In this document: one piece after another, positions 38,698-47,952 of the stretch
How positions within the stretch are numbered: the first letter of the stretch is position 1
Layout: each line of letters begins with the position of its first letter
Assembly: GCA_002257235.1 (NCBI GenBank)
Contig: NCGZ01000007.1
Span: 1-51,526 of the forward strand
Length of the DNA: 51,526 bases
From: Alphaproteobacteria bacterium 16-39-46
Lineage (GTDB): Bacteria; Pseudomonadota; Alphaproteobacteria; 16-39-46
Direction: 5' to 3'
Notes under the pieces: generated by a model
What the model was told of the DNA's origin: nothing
What the model saw: only the letters and a program-made list of their open reading frames with translations
Databases searched by the model: none
Translations under genes and position numbers: made by a program

Positions 38698-39638
38698 CCA
38701 TGTCCACCTTCTGGACTTAAGGGGATTTCTTCTGCGAGAGCGGCTTGTGTCGGAGATTTATAAATAACATAGCATCCGCTTCCAATCAGAACGGCTGCGC
38801 CGAGGAACGTATAAATATCTGGAACTTCACCCCAGAAAAGATATCCGAAGAGAGCAGACCAGATGAGGATTGAATAGATGAGAGGAGAGAGAACACCAGC
38901 CGGGGCGTATTGAAAAGCTTGTGTTGCAAACATTTGCCCTAAAAGACTAAAAACACCAACGCCGAGTAAGAAAAGAAGATCTTCTAAAGAAGCAATGGGT
39001 GTCCAGCCTTCGAATGCCAGCAGACAGAGACCAAAAAAGAGAGAAAAAAGAGCGTAATAGACCAAAATGGTGAGGACTGAGTCTGTTTTTCCCATTTTAC
39101 GGGGATAAAGGAGAACCATACCGTCTAACAGCCCCCCGATGAGCATAAAAATGGCACCGAGTTCAATGAAGTTGGAGAGATCAGAACCTGGACGTGCAAT
39201 GATCAGAACCCCTGAGAAGCCAATCGCAATGGCAATCCACTGAGGAAGGCTGACCTTTTCTTTTAAAAAAGGAATGGAGATGATGGACATAAACAAGACG
39301 TTTGTGAATCCTAAGACAGTTGCACTCGCAAGAGGAAGAAGTCCCAATCCTGCAAAAATACACCATAAAGAAACAATGATGAGCAGGCCTCTAAAAATGT
39401 GAGATTTTATATTTTCTGTTCGAAAGACAGCTAAAGGCGCCATTTTTTTTTGGATGAAAAAGATATAAAAAAGCAAAGGGAGCAGGATCGTAAGGCTACG
39501 AATACTTAAAATTTGTGAAACCGTATAAGTTGCTGTTGTATCTTTAACGAGTGCATTTCCTATGGCAAAAAAGAAAAACGCTAAAAGCATTGAAATAATG
39601 CCTTTAGAAAGATGTTTCTGAGTGCGTTCTTGAGACAT
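38694..39638 (-). CDS. DMT/EamA family transporter (tandem paralog)
   Basis: LKEKV...QWIAI.IGFSGVLII.RPG; SPL.YS.L.W..LFGY.FWGE.P. Confidence 0.9.
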   Translation of the reverse strand: MSQERTQKHLSKGIISMLLAFFFFAIGNALVKDTTATYTVSQILSIRSLTILLPLLFYIFFIQKKMAPLAVFRTENIKSHIFRGLLIIVSLWCIFAGLGLLPLASATVLGFTNVLFMSIISIPFLKEKVSLPQWIAIAIGFSGVLIIARPGSDLSNFIELGAIFMLIGGLLDGMVLLYPRKMGKTDSVLTILVYYALFSLFFGLCLLAFEGWTPIASLEDLLFLLGVGVFSLLGQMFATQAFQYAPAGVLSPLIYSILIWSALFGYLFWGEVPDIYTFLGAAVLIGSGCYVIYKSPTQAALAEEIPLSPEGGHG

Positions 39639-39668
39639 TATGCCTCCCTTGTTATAAAGAAAGAAAAA

Positions 39669-40457
39669 TTAGTCGTTTATGGCATATTTTAAATCGTCTT
39701 CATCGTCTTCATCGTCCTCTTCAAGATCATCGAAGTCCAGAAGATTTTCCTCTTGGTCCGTTGTTTCTGACGAGTGGGTACTTCCTTTTTTCTCAAGATA
39801 ACGAAATGGTTCTTGTTCTCTTAAATCGGCACCATCTAGGTAGCTTAAAATTTGTTGATTTAATTCGAGCATGTGCTCTTTGAAGAAATGACCGGCGCCT
39901 TCAATAACGTTATGGGAAATGGTTATACCCCGTTGTTTGGAAAGTTTTTCAATCAAAAGCTTAACGGAGTCAGGGGGAACAATATCATCCCGATTTCCAT
40001 GAACAATCATTCCTGAAACAGGGCACGGAGCAAGAAAACTAAAATCATACATATTTGCTGGAGGAGCAATGGAAATAAAGCCGCGCACTTCTGGGCGGCG
40101 CATGAGAAGCTGCATTCCAATCCAAGCGCCGAAAGAAAATCCAGAAACCCAAAATGAGCGTGCATTTGGTCTAAAAGCTTGAAGCCAGTCCAAAAGGGTG
40201 GCTGCATCACCCAGTTCGCCTTCACCTTCATCGTAAACGCCTTCAGAGCGGCCAACACCCCGAAAGTTAAATCGCATCACCGTAAATCCCTTTTGGGCAA
40301 AAGCTTGATACGTTAAGTACGTGACCTTGTTATTCATGCTTCCCCCATGGAGTGGGTGAGGGTGAAGAATTAAGGCAACCGGCGCGTCTAGATTGGGAGC
40401 AAGATGATAACGTCCTTCGAGACGCCCGACAGGGCCATTAATGATTATTTCAGGCAT
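39669..40457 (-). CDS. Alpha/beta hydrolase (conserved next to alphaproteobacterial isc), acidic tail
   Basis: GP.GRLEGRY, HPHP..GG.MNN, FNFRGVGRSEG, GFSFG. Confidence 0.9.
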   Translation of the reverse strand: MPEIIINGPVGRLEGRYHLAPNLDAPVALILHPHPLHGGSMNNKVTYLTYQAFAQKGFTVMRFNFRGVGRSEGVYDEGEGELGDAATLLDWLQAFRPNARSFWVSGFSFGAWIGMQLLMRRPEVRGFISIAPPANMYDFSFLAPCPVSGMIVHGNRDDIVPPDSVKLLIEKLSKQRGITISHNVIEGAGHFFKEHMLELNQQILSYLDGADLREQEPFRYLEKKGSTHSSETTDQEENLLDFDDLEEDDEDDEDDLKYAIND

Positions 40458-40569
40458 GAAGTCCTCATAAAATATAGGAGAGGGTTAAAGAGAAAGTAGA
40501 TCAAAATTTATAATTGATGAATCACTCTAAAAGAAAAGTTTTTTTTTTAAAAGAAAAATCTTATTTTTT

Positions 40570-40598
40570 TTGACGAAATTCTATTTTAGGTGTATATC
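40570..40598 (+). promoter_or_regulatory. Putative sigma70 promoter of the isc operon
   Basis: TTGACG, 17-bp spacer ending in TG, then TATATC (weak -10). Confidence 0.4.
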
Positions 40599-40603
40599 TT
40601 TCA

Positions 40604-40628
40604 AAAGTTGATTTTATTAGTCAGGTTT
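40604..40628 (+). promoter_or_regulatory. Putative IscR type-1 binding site
   Basis: AAAGTTGATTTTATTAGTCAGGTTT matches 21/25 positions of ATASYYGACTRWWWYAGTCRRSTAT, upstream of iscR. Confidence 0.7.
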
Positions 40629-40683
40629 AGATTTTTTTCTTTTAAAAATTAAAAGAGACTCTGTTGAAAAGGAGCTATCCCCC

Positions 40684-41145
40684 GTGCATCTTGGAACCAA
40701 AGGACGATATGCTGTCATGGCTATGATTGAACTTGTAGCGGCTGAAAAAAATCAGGAACATGAGGGGCGTCCCATTCCTCTTTCTCTTATTGCGGCGCAT
40801 CAAGAGATTTCTATTTTATATCTTGAGCAAATTTTTTCAAAACTCCGGAAAAAGGGTCTTGTTCGAAGTATTCGTGGTGTTGGAGGAGGCTATGTTCTCG
40901 GAAAACCTCCTCACAAGATTTCTGTAGCTGACGTTATGGAGGCTGCAGAAGAGTCTTTTCATATAACGCGCTGTACGCCCCAAAATAAAAAAGGATGTTT
41001 ACGGAATCAAATGCGATGCCAGGTTCACCACGTATGGGAAGAATTGGAGCGCCGCCTTTATGATTATCTTCACTCTTTGTCTTTGGCTGAAATTTATCAA
41101 AATCCTCGGGAATATGAGCAAAATAGGAATTTAAAAGATGCTTAA
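40684..41145 (+). CDS. iscR: Rrf2 family regulator IscR
   Basis: TKGRYAV.AM.EL, YLEQIF, SIRG.GGGY; three Cys plus His. Confidence 0.9.
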   Translation: MHLGTKGRYAVMAMIELVAAEKNQEHEGRPIPLSLIAAHQEISILYLEQIFSKLRKKGLVRSIRGVGGGYVLGKPPHKISVADVMEAAEESFHITRCTPQNKKGCLRNQMRCQVHHVWEELERRLYDYLHSLSLAEIYQNPREYEQNRNLKDA

Positions 41146-42256
41146 TGCGACCCCTCTTATTTATTTCGATTATAATGCAACCGCGCCTCTTGGAAAAGGC
41201 GTGAAAGAGGCTGTCTGTTCTGCTTTGGACCAGACGGGCAATCCGTCGTCCATTCATCGCTCTGGAAAAATTGCGAAAAGCATTTTGACGAAAGCCAGGC
41301 AAATTCTCGGAGATCATTTAGGTATTTCACCGCAAGATCTTATTTTTACAAGCGGAGGAACCGAGGCCAATGCAATGGCACTCTATGGCGTCGATGTGGA
41401 GGTTCTGTTTGTCTCTTCCATTGAGCATGCGTCAGTGTTCCAAACCGCTCAACGGAGACCCAATACCCTATTTCAGGAAATCCCAGTTAATTCTCAAGGG
41501 ATTATAGATTTAGAGGCTCTTACATCGCTTTTAGAATCCGTTAAAGGAAAGAAAATATTGATTTCGGTGATGATGGCAAATAATGAATCTGGGGTTGTTC
41601 AACCTCTCTCGGAGATTCAAGAGCGCGCTTGCTCTTATTCTGCTCTGATGCATGTGGATGCCGTTCAAGCCCTTGGAAAAATGCCAATTTCAAGAGAAGA
41701 CCTAAAAGTTGATCTCATGAGTTTTTCAGGCCATAAAATTGGGAGTCCGATGGGCGTTGGGGCACTTTATATTCGAGAAGGCCTTCCTTTTAAAAGTCTT
41801 TACGGGGGAGGGGGCCAAGAACGTCGTTTGAGGTCTGGAACCGAAAACGTTTCAGGAATTGCAGGATTTGGAAAAGCCGTTGAAAATATTGATTTTTCAA
41901 AATGGGATATCGTAAGGTCTCAAAGGCTGTATTTAGAGAGAGCTTTAAAAGAAAGATTTTCAGATCTTTTTATTGCTTCAGAGAATGTGCCGCGTTTGCC
42001 CAACACAACCTTAATGGGGCGCCCTTCTTTGCCCAGCAGTACGCAGGTAATACAATTGGATTTAGAGGGAATTTGTTTGAGCTCTGGGTCTTCCTGTTCT
42101 TCTGGGGTTGTAAAAGAGTCTCTTGTGTTAAAGGCCATGGGGACGCCTGAGAAAATTCGTTCTTCTGTCATTCGCGTGAGCTTGGGACCGGAGACGCGGC
42201 AAGACGATATTGAACGCTTTATAACTGTATATACGCGCCTACAAGGAAAGTCTTAA
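41138..42256 (+). CDS. Cysteine desulfurase-like (NifS/IscS paralog)
   Basis: [42 protein letters not shown]. Confidence 0.9.
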   Translation: MLNATPLIYFDYNATAPLGKGVKEAVCSALDQTGNPSSIHRSGKIAKSILTKARQILGDHLGISPQDLIFTSGGTEANAMALYGVDVEVLFVSSIEHASVFQTAQRRPNTLFQEIPVNSQGIIDLEALTSLLESVKGKKILISVMMANNESGVVQPLSEIQERACSYSALMHVDAVQALGKMPISREDLKVDLMSFSGHKIGSPMGVGALYIREGLPFKSLYGGGGQERRLRSGTENVSGIAGFGKAVENIDFSKWDIVRSQRLYLERALKERFSDLFIASENVPRLPNTTLMGRPSLPSSTQVIQLDLEGICLSSGSSCSSGVVKESLVLKAMGTPEKIRSSVIRVSLGPETRQDDIERFITVYTRLQGKS

Positions 42257-42257
42257 A

Positions 42258-43475
42258 ATGGAAACGACACGCCAGATTTATCTCGATTACCAGGCCACAA
42301 CACCCTGTGATCCGAGGGTGCTTGAGAAAATGATTCCTTTTTTTAAAGAGGATTTTGGAAATCCCCATTCTCGTAATCATTCTTATGGATGGAAAGCTGA
42401 AGAAGCAGTCGAAACAGCACGCGCTCAAATTGCAAGGGTTCTTAAAGCAGATCCGCGGGAAATTATTTTTACAAGTGGGGCAACGGAGGCGAATAATTTA
42501 GCGCTTAAGGGAGCTGCTTATTTTTATAGAGATCAAAAAACACATCTTATTACGACCTTGACGGAACATAAATGCGTTCTTGATACGTGTCGTTATCTGG
42601 AACAAAATGGATTCCAAATTACCTATCTTCCTGTCCTTTCCAATGGGCTCATTGATTTAGAAGTTCTTGAAAGGGCCTTTACGCCTCAAACGGGTCTTGT
42701 TTCGATTATGGCGGTGAACAATGAAGTGGGTGTTATTCAGCCGCTTTCTGAAATCGGAGCACTTTGTCGCCTCAAGGGAGCGCTATTTCATACGGATGCG
42801 GCGCAAGCGGTCGGAAAAATACCCCTCGATGTTAATGCGATGAACATTGATTTATTGAGTCTTTCGGGACATAAGATTTACGGACCTAAAGGGGTCGGAG
42901 CTCTTTATGTGAGAAGAAAGCCTCGGGTCAGGCTCGAGGCTCTTATTCATGGGGGAGGCCAGGAACGCGGATTCAGGTCCGGAACACTCCCGACACCGCT
43001 TTGTGTTGGATTGGGAGAGGCTTGTTTTATTGCAGAGCAAGAAAGAGAAGGTGAGACTGAGCGTTTGAATGAGCTTCGAAATCGATTTCTTGAAAAAATA
43101 CACAGTTCTCTTGCAGATGTATACTTAAATGGAGATCTTGAAAAAAGAATCCCTGGAAATTTAAATTTAAGTTTTGCTTATGTTGAAGGGGAAGGATTGA
43201 TGATGGGTATTAAGAATTTAGCCCTGTCATCGGGGTCCGCCTGCACGTCAGAATCTTTAGAACCGTCCTATGTCTTAAGGGCCCTCGGAGTGACAGAAGA
43301 TTTAGCACATACCTCTTTGAGAATTGGGTTTGGACGGTTTACAACACAAGCGGAGATGGATGAAGCGGCGGAAAGTATTATTAAAGCGGTGACGCGCTTG
43401 CGTGAAATGAGTCCTCTTTGGGAAATGGCCCAAATGGGAGTTGATATCAAGTCCGTGACGTGGGCCGGACACTAA
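42258..43475 (+). CDS. iscS: Cysteine desulfurase IscS
   Basis: [37 protein letters not shown]. Confidence 0.97.
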   Translation: METTRQIYLDYQATTPCDPRVLEKMIPFFKEDFGNPHSRNHSYGWKAEEAVETARAQIARVLKADPREIIFTSGATEANNLALKGAAYFYRDQKTHLITTLTEHKCVLDTCRYLEQNGFQITYLPVLSNGLIDLEVLERAFTPQTGLVSIMAVNNEVGVIQPLSEIGALCRLKGALFHTDAAQAVGKIPLDVNAMNIDLLSLSGHKIYGPKGVGALYVRRKPRVRLEALIHGGGQERGFRSGTLPTPLCVGLGEACFIAEQEREGETERLNELRNRFLEKIHSSLADVYLNGDLEKRIPGNLNLSFAYVEGEGLMMGIKNLALSSGSACTSESLEPSYVLRALGVTEDLAHTSLRIGFGRFTTQAEMDEAAESIIKAVTRLREMSPLWEMAQMGVDIKSVTWAGH

Positions 43476-43476
43476 T

Positions 43477-43580
43477 GCCTAAAACGAAAGCCTAAAACGA
43501 AAGCCTAAAACGAAAGCCTAAAACGAAAGCCTAAAACGAAAGCCTAAAATGAAAGCCTAAAATGAAAGCCTAAAATGAAA
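43477..43580 (+). repeat. 13-bp VNTR x8 (GCCTAAAA[C/T]GAAA)
   Basis: 5 C-type units followed by 3 T-type units, between the iscS stop and the iscU RBS. Confidence 0.97.
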
Positions 43581-43594
43581 GAAGGAGACGAGAT

Positions 43595-43987
43595 ATGTCA
43601 TACAGTAAGCAACTTATAGATCATTATGAAAACCCCCGAAATGTTGGATCACTCGATCCAAAGGATATGAATGTGGGAACTGGGCTTGTCGGTGCGCCCG
43701 CGTGCGGGGATGTGATGAAACTTCAAATTCGCGTGACAGATGACGGGGTTATTGCGGATGCAAAATTCAAAACCTTTGGATGTGGGTCGGCCATTGCATC
43801 AAGTTCTTATGTCACTGAACTCTTGTGTGGTATGACACTGACGGAGGCAACAAGCATTAAAAATAATGCCATTGCACAGCATTTAGCACTTCCTCCAGTT
43901 AAGATTCATTGTTCCGTTTTGGCGGAAGATGCGATTAAAGCGGCCATTCAAGACTATCAAAATAAACAAGTTGAGAGTCAAAGATAA
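43595..43987 (+). CDS. iscU: Fe-S scaffold IscU
   Basis: DHYENPRNVG, GAPACGDVM, KTFGCGSAIASSS, LPPVKIHCS. Confidence 0.97.
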   Translation: MSYSKQLIDHYENPRNVGSLDPKDMNVGTGLVGAPACGDVMKLQIRVTDDGVIADAKFKTFGCGSAIASSSYVTELLCGMTLTEATSIKNNAIAQHLALPPVKIHCSVLAEDAIKAAIQDYQNKQVESQR

Positions 43988-43990
43988 AAA

Positions 43991-44341
43991 ATGACTGTTT
44001 TAACCCCAAGACCCTCTTTTTTAAAGGTCGACGAAAAAGCGGCTCAAAAAATTAAAGAGCTTCTTGAAAAGCGGAATAAGCCCTCTCTTGGCATTCGGAT
44101 TGGTGTTAAATCGCGCGGGTGCTCTGGACTTTCTTATGTTCTTGAGTATGCCGATGAGATGTTGCCCTTGGATGAAAAAATTAATGTTCATGGTGTGACC
44201 ATTATCGTGGATTCAAAAGCTGTGATGTTTTTGATCGGAACGGAGATGCACTATGAAGAAACGGACCTAAATTCTGGATTTATTTTTAAAAACCCAAATG
44301 AAAAGGGCCGGTGTGGCTGTGGAGAGTCCTTCCATGTTTGA
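43991..44341 (+). CDS. iscA: Fe-S carrier IscA
   Basis: GCSGLSY, NPNEKGRCGCGESF. Confidence 0.95.
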   Translation: MTVLTPRPSFLKVDEKAAQKIKELLEKRNKPSLGIRIGVKSRGCSGLSYVLEYADEMLPLDEKINVHGVTIIVDSKAVMFLIGTEMHYEETDLNSGFIFKNPNEKGRCGCGESFHV

Positions 44342-44942
44342 GGCCATGTCTAAGGAGGAGAAGAAACATCTCTGTGACGTTTCGGACGAGGGTGAGGGAG
44401 CATCTCTTTTATTTTGCAAGATTTGCGGGAAGCTGTTGGCGCCGCGCCCTGATTCTTCTTATTTTACTGTTTTAGGAATGAGAGACACTTTTCCCCTCAA
44501 TCTCCAAGATCTTGAAAAAAATTATCTTGCGCGTCAGAGGCTTTTGCACCCAGATCAATTTGTTCTAAAATCCGAAGAAGAGCGTTTTGAGGCGCAAGAG
44601 CATACAATCCTTTTAAATGAAGCGTATCGTACCTTGAAATCTCCCTCTTTAAGAGGATATCATCTTCTCTCTTTAAAAAAGAAGAAAGAGGACGTCTTCG
44701 ATAAAACGCAAGACCCTCTTTTTTTAATGAACATGATGGAAGAGCGTGAGCAGATGGAAGCGCTTAACACTCAAAATGATATAAAAGAAGCCTCCAATAG
44801 GATAAAAGAGCATCTTCAAGGACTTGAAAAAGAGATGGGAGAAGCTTTTGACGTTGAAAACCTTCAAAAAGCATCTCAGCTTTTAGATCACTTTCAATAT
44901 CGTCTGCAACTTTACAAACTGCTTCAGGCAAAATTATTATGA
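44334..44942 (+). CDS. hscB: Co-chaperone HscB
   Basis: J-domain HPD, LNEAYRTLK.P..R..HLL; operon position. ATG 44334 has GGAGAG upstream. Confidence 0.9.
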   Translation: MFEAMSKEEKKHLCDVSDEGEGASLLFCKICGKLLAPRPDSSYFTVLGMRDTFPLNLQDLEKNYLARQRLLHPDQFVLKSEEERFEAQEHTILLNEAYRTLKSPSLRGYHLLSLKKKKEDVFDKTQDPLFLMNMMEEREQMEALNTQNDIKEASNRIKEHLQGLEKEMGEAFDVENLQKASQLLDHFQYRLQLYKLLQAKLL

Positions 44943-46744
44943 CCCAGACACATACACATCTTTTTCAAATCACGGAGCCTGGAGAAAGAAGGCAAGAAAC
45001 CCCTGAAAACAAGACACTTGCCATTGGGATTGATCTTGGGACCACCAATACGGTGGGGGCTGTCTTAGAGGAAAAGAATTCTGTCCCGCGGCTTATAAAA
45101 ATGCTGGATGGGACAACCCTCATTCCTTCGATTGTTTCTTATACCAAAAGTGAGATTCATGTCGGCAAAAAGGCACTTCAAGACTTAAACTTTAAGCCAG
45201 AAAATGTCATAAAATCTGTCAAGCGCTTTATGAATCAAGCGGGATCAAAGACATTTAACGTTGCGGGTAAGTCTTTGACGCCGCTTGACGTTTCCTCTGA
45301 GATTCTAAAATTTATCAAAGAACAAGCGTCCCGTGATTTAAAGGAGGATGTGACAAAGGCAGTGATTACCATTCCTGCCTATTTTGATGAGGCCGCACGC
45401 GCTGCAACAAAGGCAGCAGCAGAACTTGCGGGGTTTGAGGTTTTAAGATTGATCCATGAGCCAACGGCCGCAGCCTTGGCCTATGGTCTTGATAAAAAGG
45501 TAGAAGGCCTTTATGCTGTCTATGATTTGGGCGGCGGCACGTTTGATTTTTCGGTTCTCAGACTTGAAAAGGGGCTCTTTAAAGTCATTGCAACGGGCGG
45601 AGATCTGAGTCTCGGGGGAGATGATTTTGATGAGGCCATTCTAGACCTTTTAAAAGCGCAAAATCCCCTTCTCAAAACGGAACTTGAACGCAATCCCAAC
45701 CAATTGATAGAGATTCTTCTGAAAGTCCGTCTTTTAAAGGAAAAATTAACCACGTGCTCTTCTCTCGATGAAGCGATACACGTGGGGGACAAGACTTTTG
45801 CTGTATCCTTAACCCAAAAAAACTATAATCTCCTCATTGAAGAAAAAGTGGAAAAAACCCTCAAAATTGTCTCTTCCGTCCTCAAGGATGCAGACATTGA
45901 AAAGAATGAGATCGACGGGCTTATTTTGGTGGGAGGGGCAACACGAACGCCCCTCATTCAAGAAATGCTCACAACATTCTTTAAAAAAGAGCCCCTTACG
46001 AACTTAGATCCAGATCATGTGGTGGCGCTCGGGGCAGCCTTTCAAGCCCACGCACTTGTCTTTGGGTCTGATACGCTTCTTCTTGATGTCACGCCGCTTT
46101 CCTTAGGTATTGAGACAATGGGAGGAATTGTGGACAAAATCATTCCGAGAAACAGTCCCATTCCATTGCGCCAATCTCAAGAATTTACAACCTCTCAAGA
46201 CGGCCAAAGTGCTCTCTTGATTCATGTTATCCAGGGAGAACGAGAGCTTGTGGCGGATTGTCAGTCCCTTGCACGGTTTGAGCTTACGGGCATTCCCCCC
46301 ATGCCGGCAGGTCTTCCCCGAATTAGTGTGTCGTTTTCAGTGGATGCCGATGGTCTCTTAACTGTCTCAGCCCATGAAAAAACAACAGGAGCCCGTCAAG
46401 AGATTGCGGTCTATCCCACCTTTGGTCTGAGCCCTGAAAAAATTAAAGAGATGCTGTTTGAAAGCTTGTATCACGGAGAGGAGGATCTTCAAAAACGCCT
46501 CCTTCTTGAAGCGCGCCAGAAGTTAGAGCAAGACATTACGCTTGTCAAAAAAGCACTTGGGGAAGTGCAAGATGCCTCCGAGAACAAAGAGTTAAGAGAC
46601 GTCTTAAAGGAGAGCGAAGAAGCGTTAGCTCAAGAAAACATCAGTCTCTTAAAAGAAAAACAACACGCTCTCTCTCAGGCTGCAGAACCTCTCCTAGAAA
46701 AGAGACTGTCACAGGGCGTTCAGAAAGTTTTAAGGGAAATTTAA
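44939..46744 (+). CDS. hscA: Hsp70 chaperone HscA
   Basis: GIDLGTTN, EPTAAA, DLGGGTFD, DVTPLSLG; follows hscB. Confidence 0.93.
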   Translation: MTQTHTHLFQITEPGERRQETPENKTLAIGIDLGTTNTVGAVLEEKNSVPRLIKMLDGTTLIPSIVSYTKSEIHVGKKALQDLNFKPENVIKSVKRFMNQAGSKTFNVAGKSLTPLDVSSEILKFIKEQASRDLKEDVTKAVITIPAYFDEAARAATKAAAELAGFEVLRLIHEPTAAALAYGLDKKVEGLYAVYDLGGGTFDFSVLRLEKGLFKVIATGGDLSLGGDDFDEAILDLLKAQNPLLKTELERNPNQLIEILLKVRLLKEKLTTCSSLDEAIHVGDKTFAVSLTQKNYNLLIEEKVEKTLKIVSSVLKDADIEKNEIDGLILVGGATRTPLIQEMLTTFFKKEPLTNLDPDHVVALGAAFQAHALVFGSDTLLLDVTPLSLGIETMGGIVDKIIPRNSPIPLRQSQEFTTSQDGQSALLIHVIQGERELVADCQSLARFELTGIPPMPAGLPRISVSFSVDADGLLTVSAHEKTTGARQEIAVYPTFGLSPEKIKEMLFESLYHGEEDLQKRLLLEARQKLEQDITLVKKALGEVQDASENKELRDVLKESEEALAQENISLLKEKQHALSQAAEPLLEKRLSQGVQKVLREI

Positions 46745-46752
46745 GAGGATTC

Positions 46753-47511
46753 TTAACCATTTTTCTTTGCGCTTGCACGTTCTTCTGGAGAAAGTAGATG
46801 CTTATTCTGTCCAATGTAAAGGGGTTTTTTTGAAATTTTCCACGTACCGTCAGTTTGTTTATCATAGTGAACATTCTCGACGACGGCATAAACTTTTCCG
46901 TCTTTATAATGACGCGTTAATTGACTCACTCTAGCTGATATGGGGAGAACGAAATAATTTCCCCAATCTGAATTATAATGTTCTTCCCCATTGAGAGGAA
47001 TGTTAATAGAAGAAAGTTGAGATGTTGATGATGGAACGATCTTTCCAAAAAAATTGATTTGACGACTTGTTCTTTCTGTATGCCATGCAAAATGTAATGC
47101 GACTCGATTGTTGACAGTTGCTTGGTTTATCTTTGCGCTTGTAGGATTCGTATTAAAGGCAAAAATATCCTTATCTTTCAAAGGAGTTATCCCTACGATT
47201 CTTGGGACCGGATAGCCGGCAGGGTCTATGGTTGTTAACGCGCCGTATGATCTGGATCCAATAGGTTTAAAAATCCCAGCTTTATCTGAATCAGCCTGAA
47301 AACTTTCTACAATTTCAACTGGGCTCTTAAAACCTGCGAGTTGTGTTTCTAATGAAGGTTGAAAATTCTTTAGAGGTGCAATGATGTTTCCTTCTACAAG
47401 GATCTCTCCTTGAAGCAGATTAGGGTTTTCTTCTGTTGCATATATAAAGTTTGCAAAATGAGATAAGAAAAAAAGAGAAGAAAACACGAAAAGATATTTT
47501 TTATAGTTCAT
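46753..47511 (-). CDS. Exported pyridoxamine-5'-phosphate-oxidase-like (split-barrel) protein, copy 1
   Basis: Signal peptide; LTT.D..G.P..R.V...F.T...S.K..Q...N..V.L.F.W...RQ....G. Confidence 0.65.
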   Translation of the reverse strand: MNYKKYLFVFSSLFFLSHFANFIYATEENPNLLQGEILVEGNIIAPLKNFQPSLETQLAGFKSPVEIVESFQADSDKAGIFKPIGSRSYGALTTIDPAGYPVPRIVGITPLKDKDIFAFNTNPTSAKINQATVNNRVALHFAWHTERTSRQINFFGKIVPSSTSQLSSINIPLNGEEHYNSDWGNYFVLPISARVSQLTRHYKDGKVYAVVENVHYDKQTDGTWKISKKPLYIGQNKHLLSPEERASAKKNG

Positions 47512-47873
47512 TGTGGAAAGCCCATTATAATTGGTGTTTATTGAACTCTTTTACTTTTGAAGAAAGCAAGTTTCATGAAGTTTAAAAGAAAGCCTGAAAG
47601 AGTCAAGAGATAAAAATTTAGAAAAAAATCTATTCCTTATGCCGGATAAATTCAATTTATTCGGAGGGAACTCTCTAAAAATTCGGAAAAAAATGAGTGA
47701 AAGATAGATTTGACCTAAAAATCTCTTCAAATTATAAAATTGAGATGGAGGGCAATTTTCTTTCTCAACGAAGAATTTCTTTCGCTTCGGAGGACAAAAA
47801 CAAAAGACGCATAAAACCAAGTGTGATTCTATGCGTCTTAAGGATAAAATACGAGCTATTTCTGGTAAAAAAT

Positions 47874-47936
47874 CTCTCCTAGAAGAGAGACTGCCACAGG
47901 GCATTCAGAAAGTTCTGAGAGAAGTTTCAGAGGATT
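47874..47936 (+). repeat. Diverged copy of the hscA 3' end (46689-46751)
   Basis: 55/63 identical by manual alignment; stop TAA changed to TCA. Confidence 0.9.
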
Positions 47937-47952
47937 TCTAAATGATTTTGTT

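Noticed and set aside
43477-43580. 13-bp repeats as CRISPR or a coding repeat
   Set aside because: No spacers, and stop codons occur in all frames.
47551-47904. 117-aa minus and 61-aa plus ORFs, and a 10-bp IR at 47804-47839
   Set aside because: Low-complexity AT-rich intergenic DNA overlapping the duplicated leader and hscA-end copy; no coding signal, and the IR alone is uninformative.
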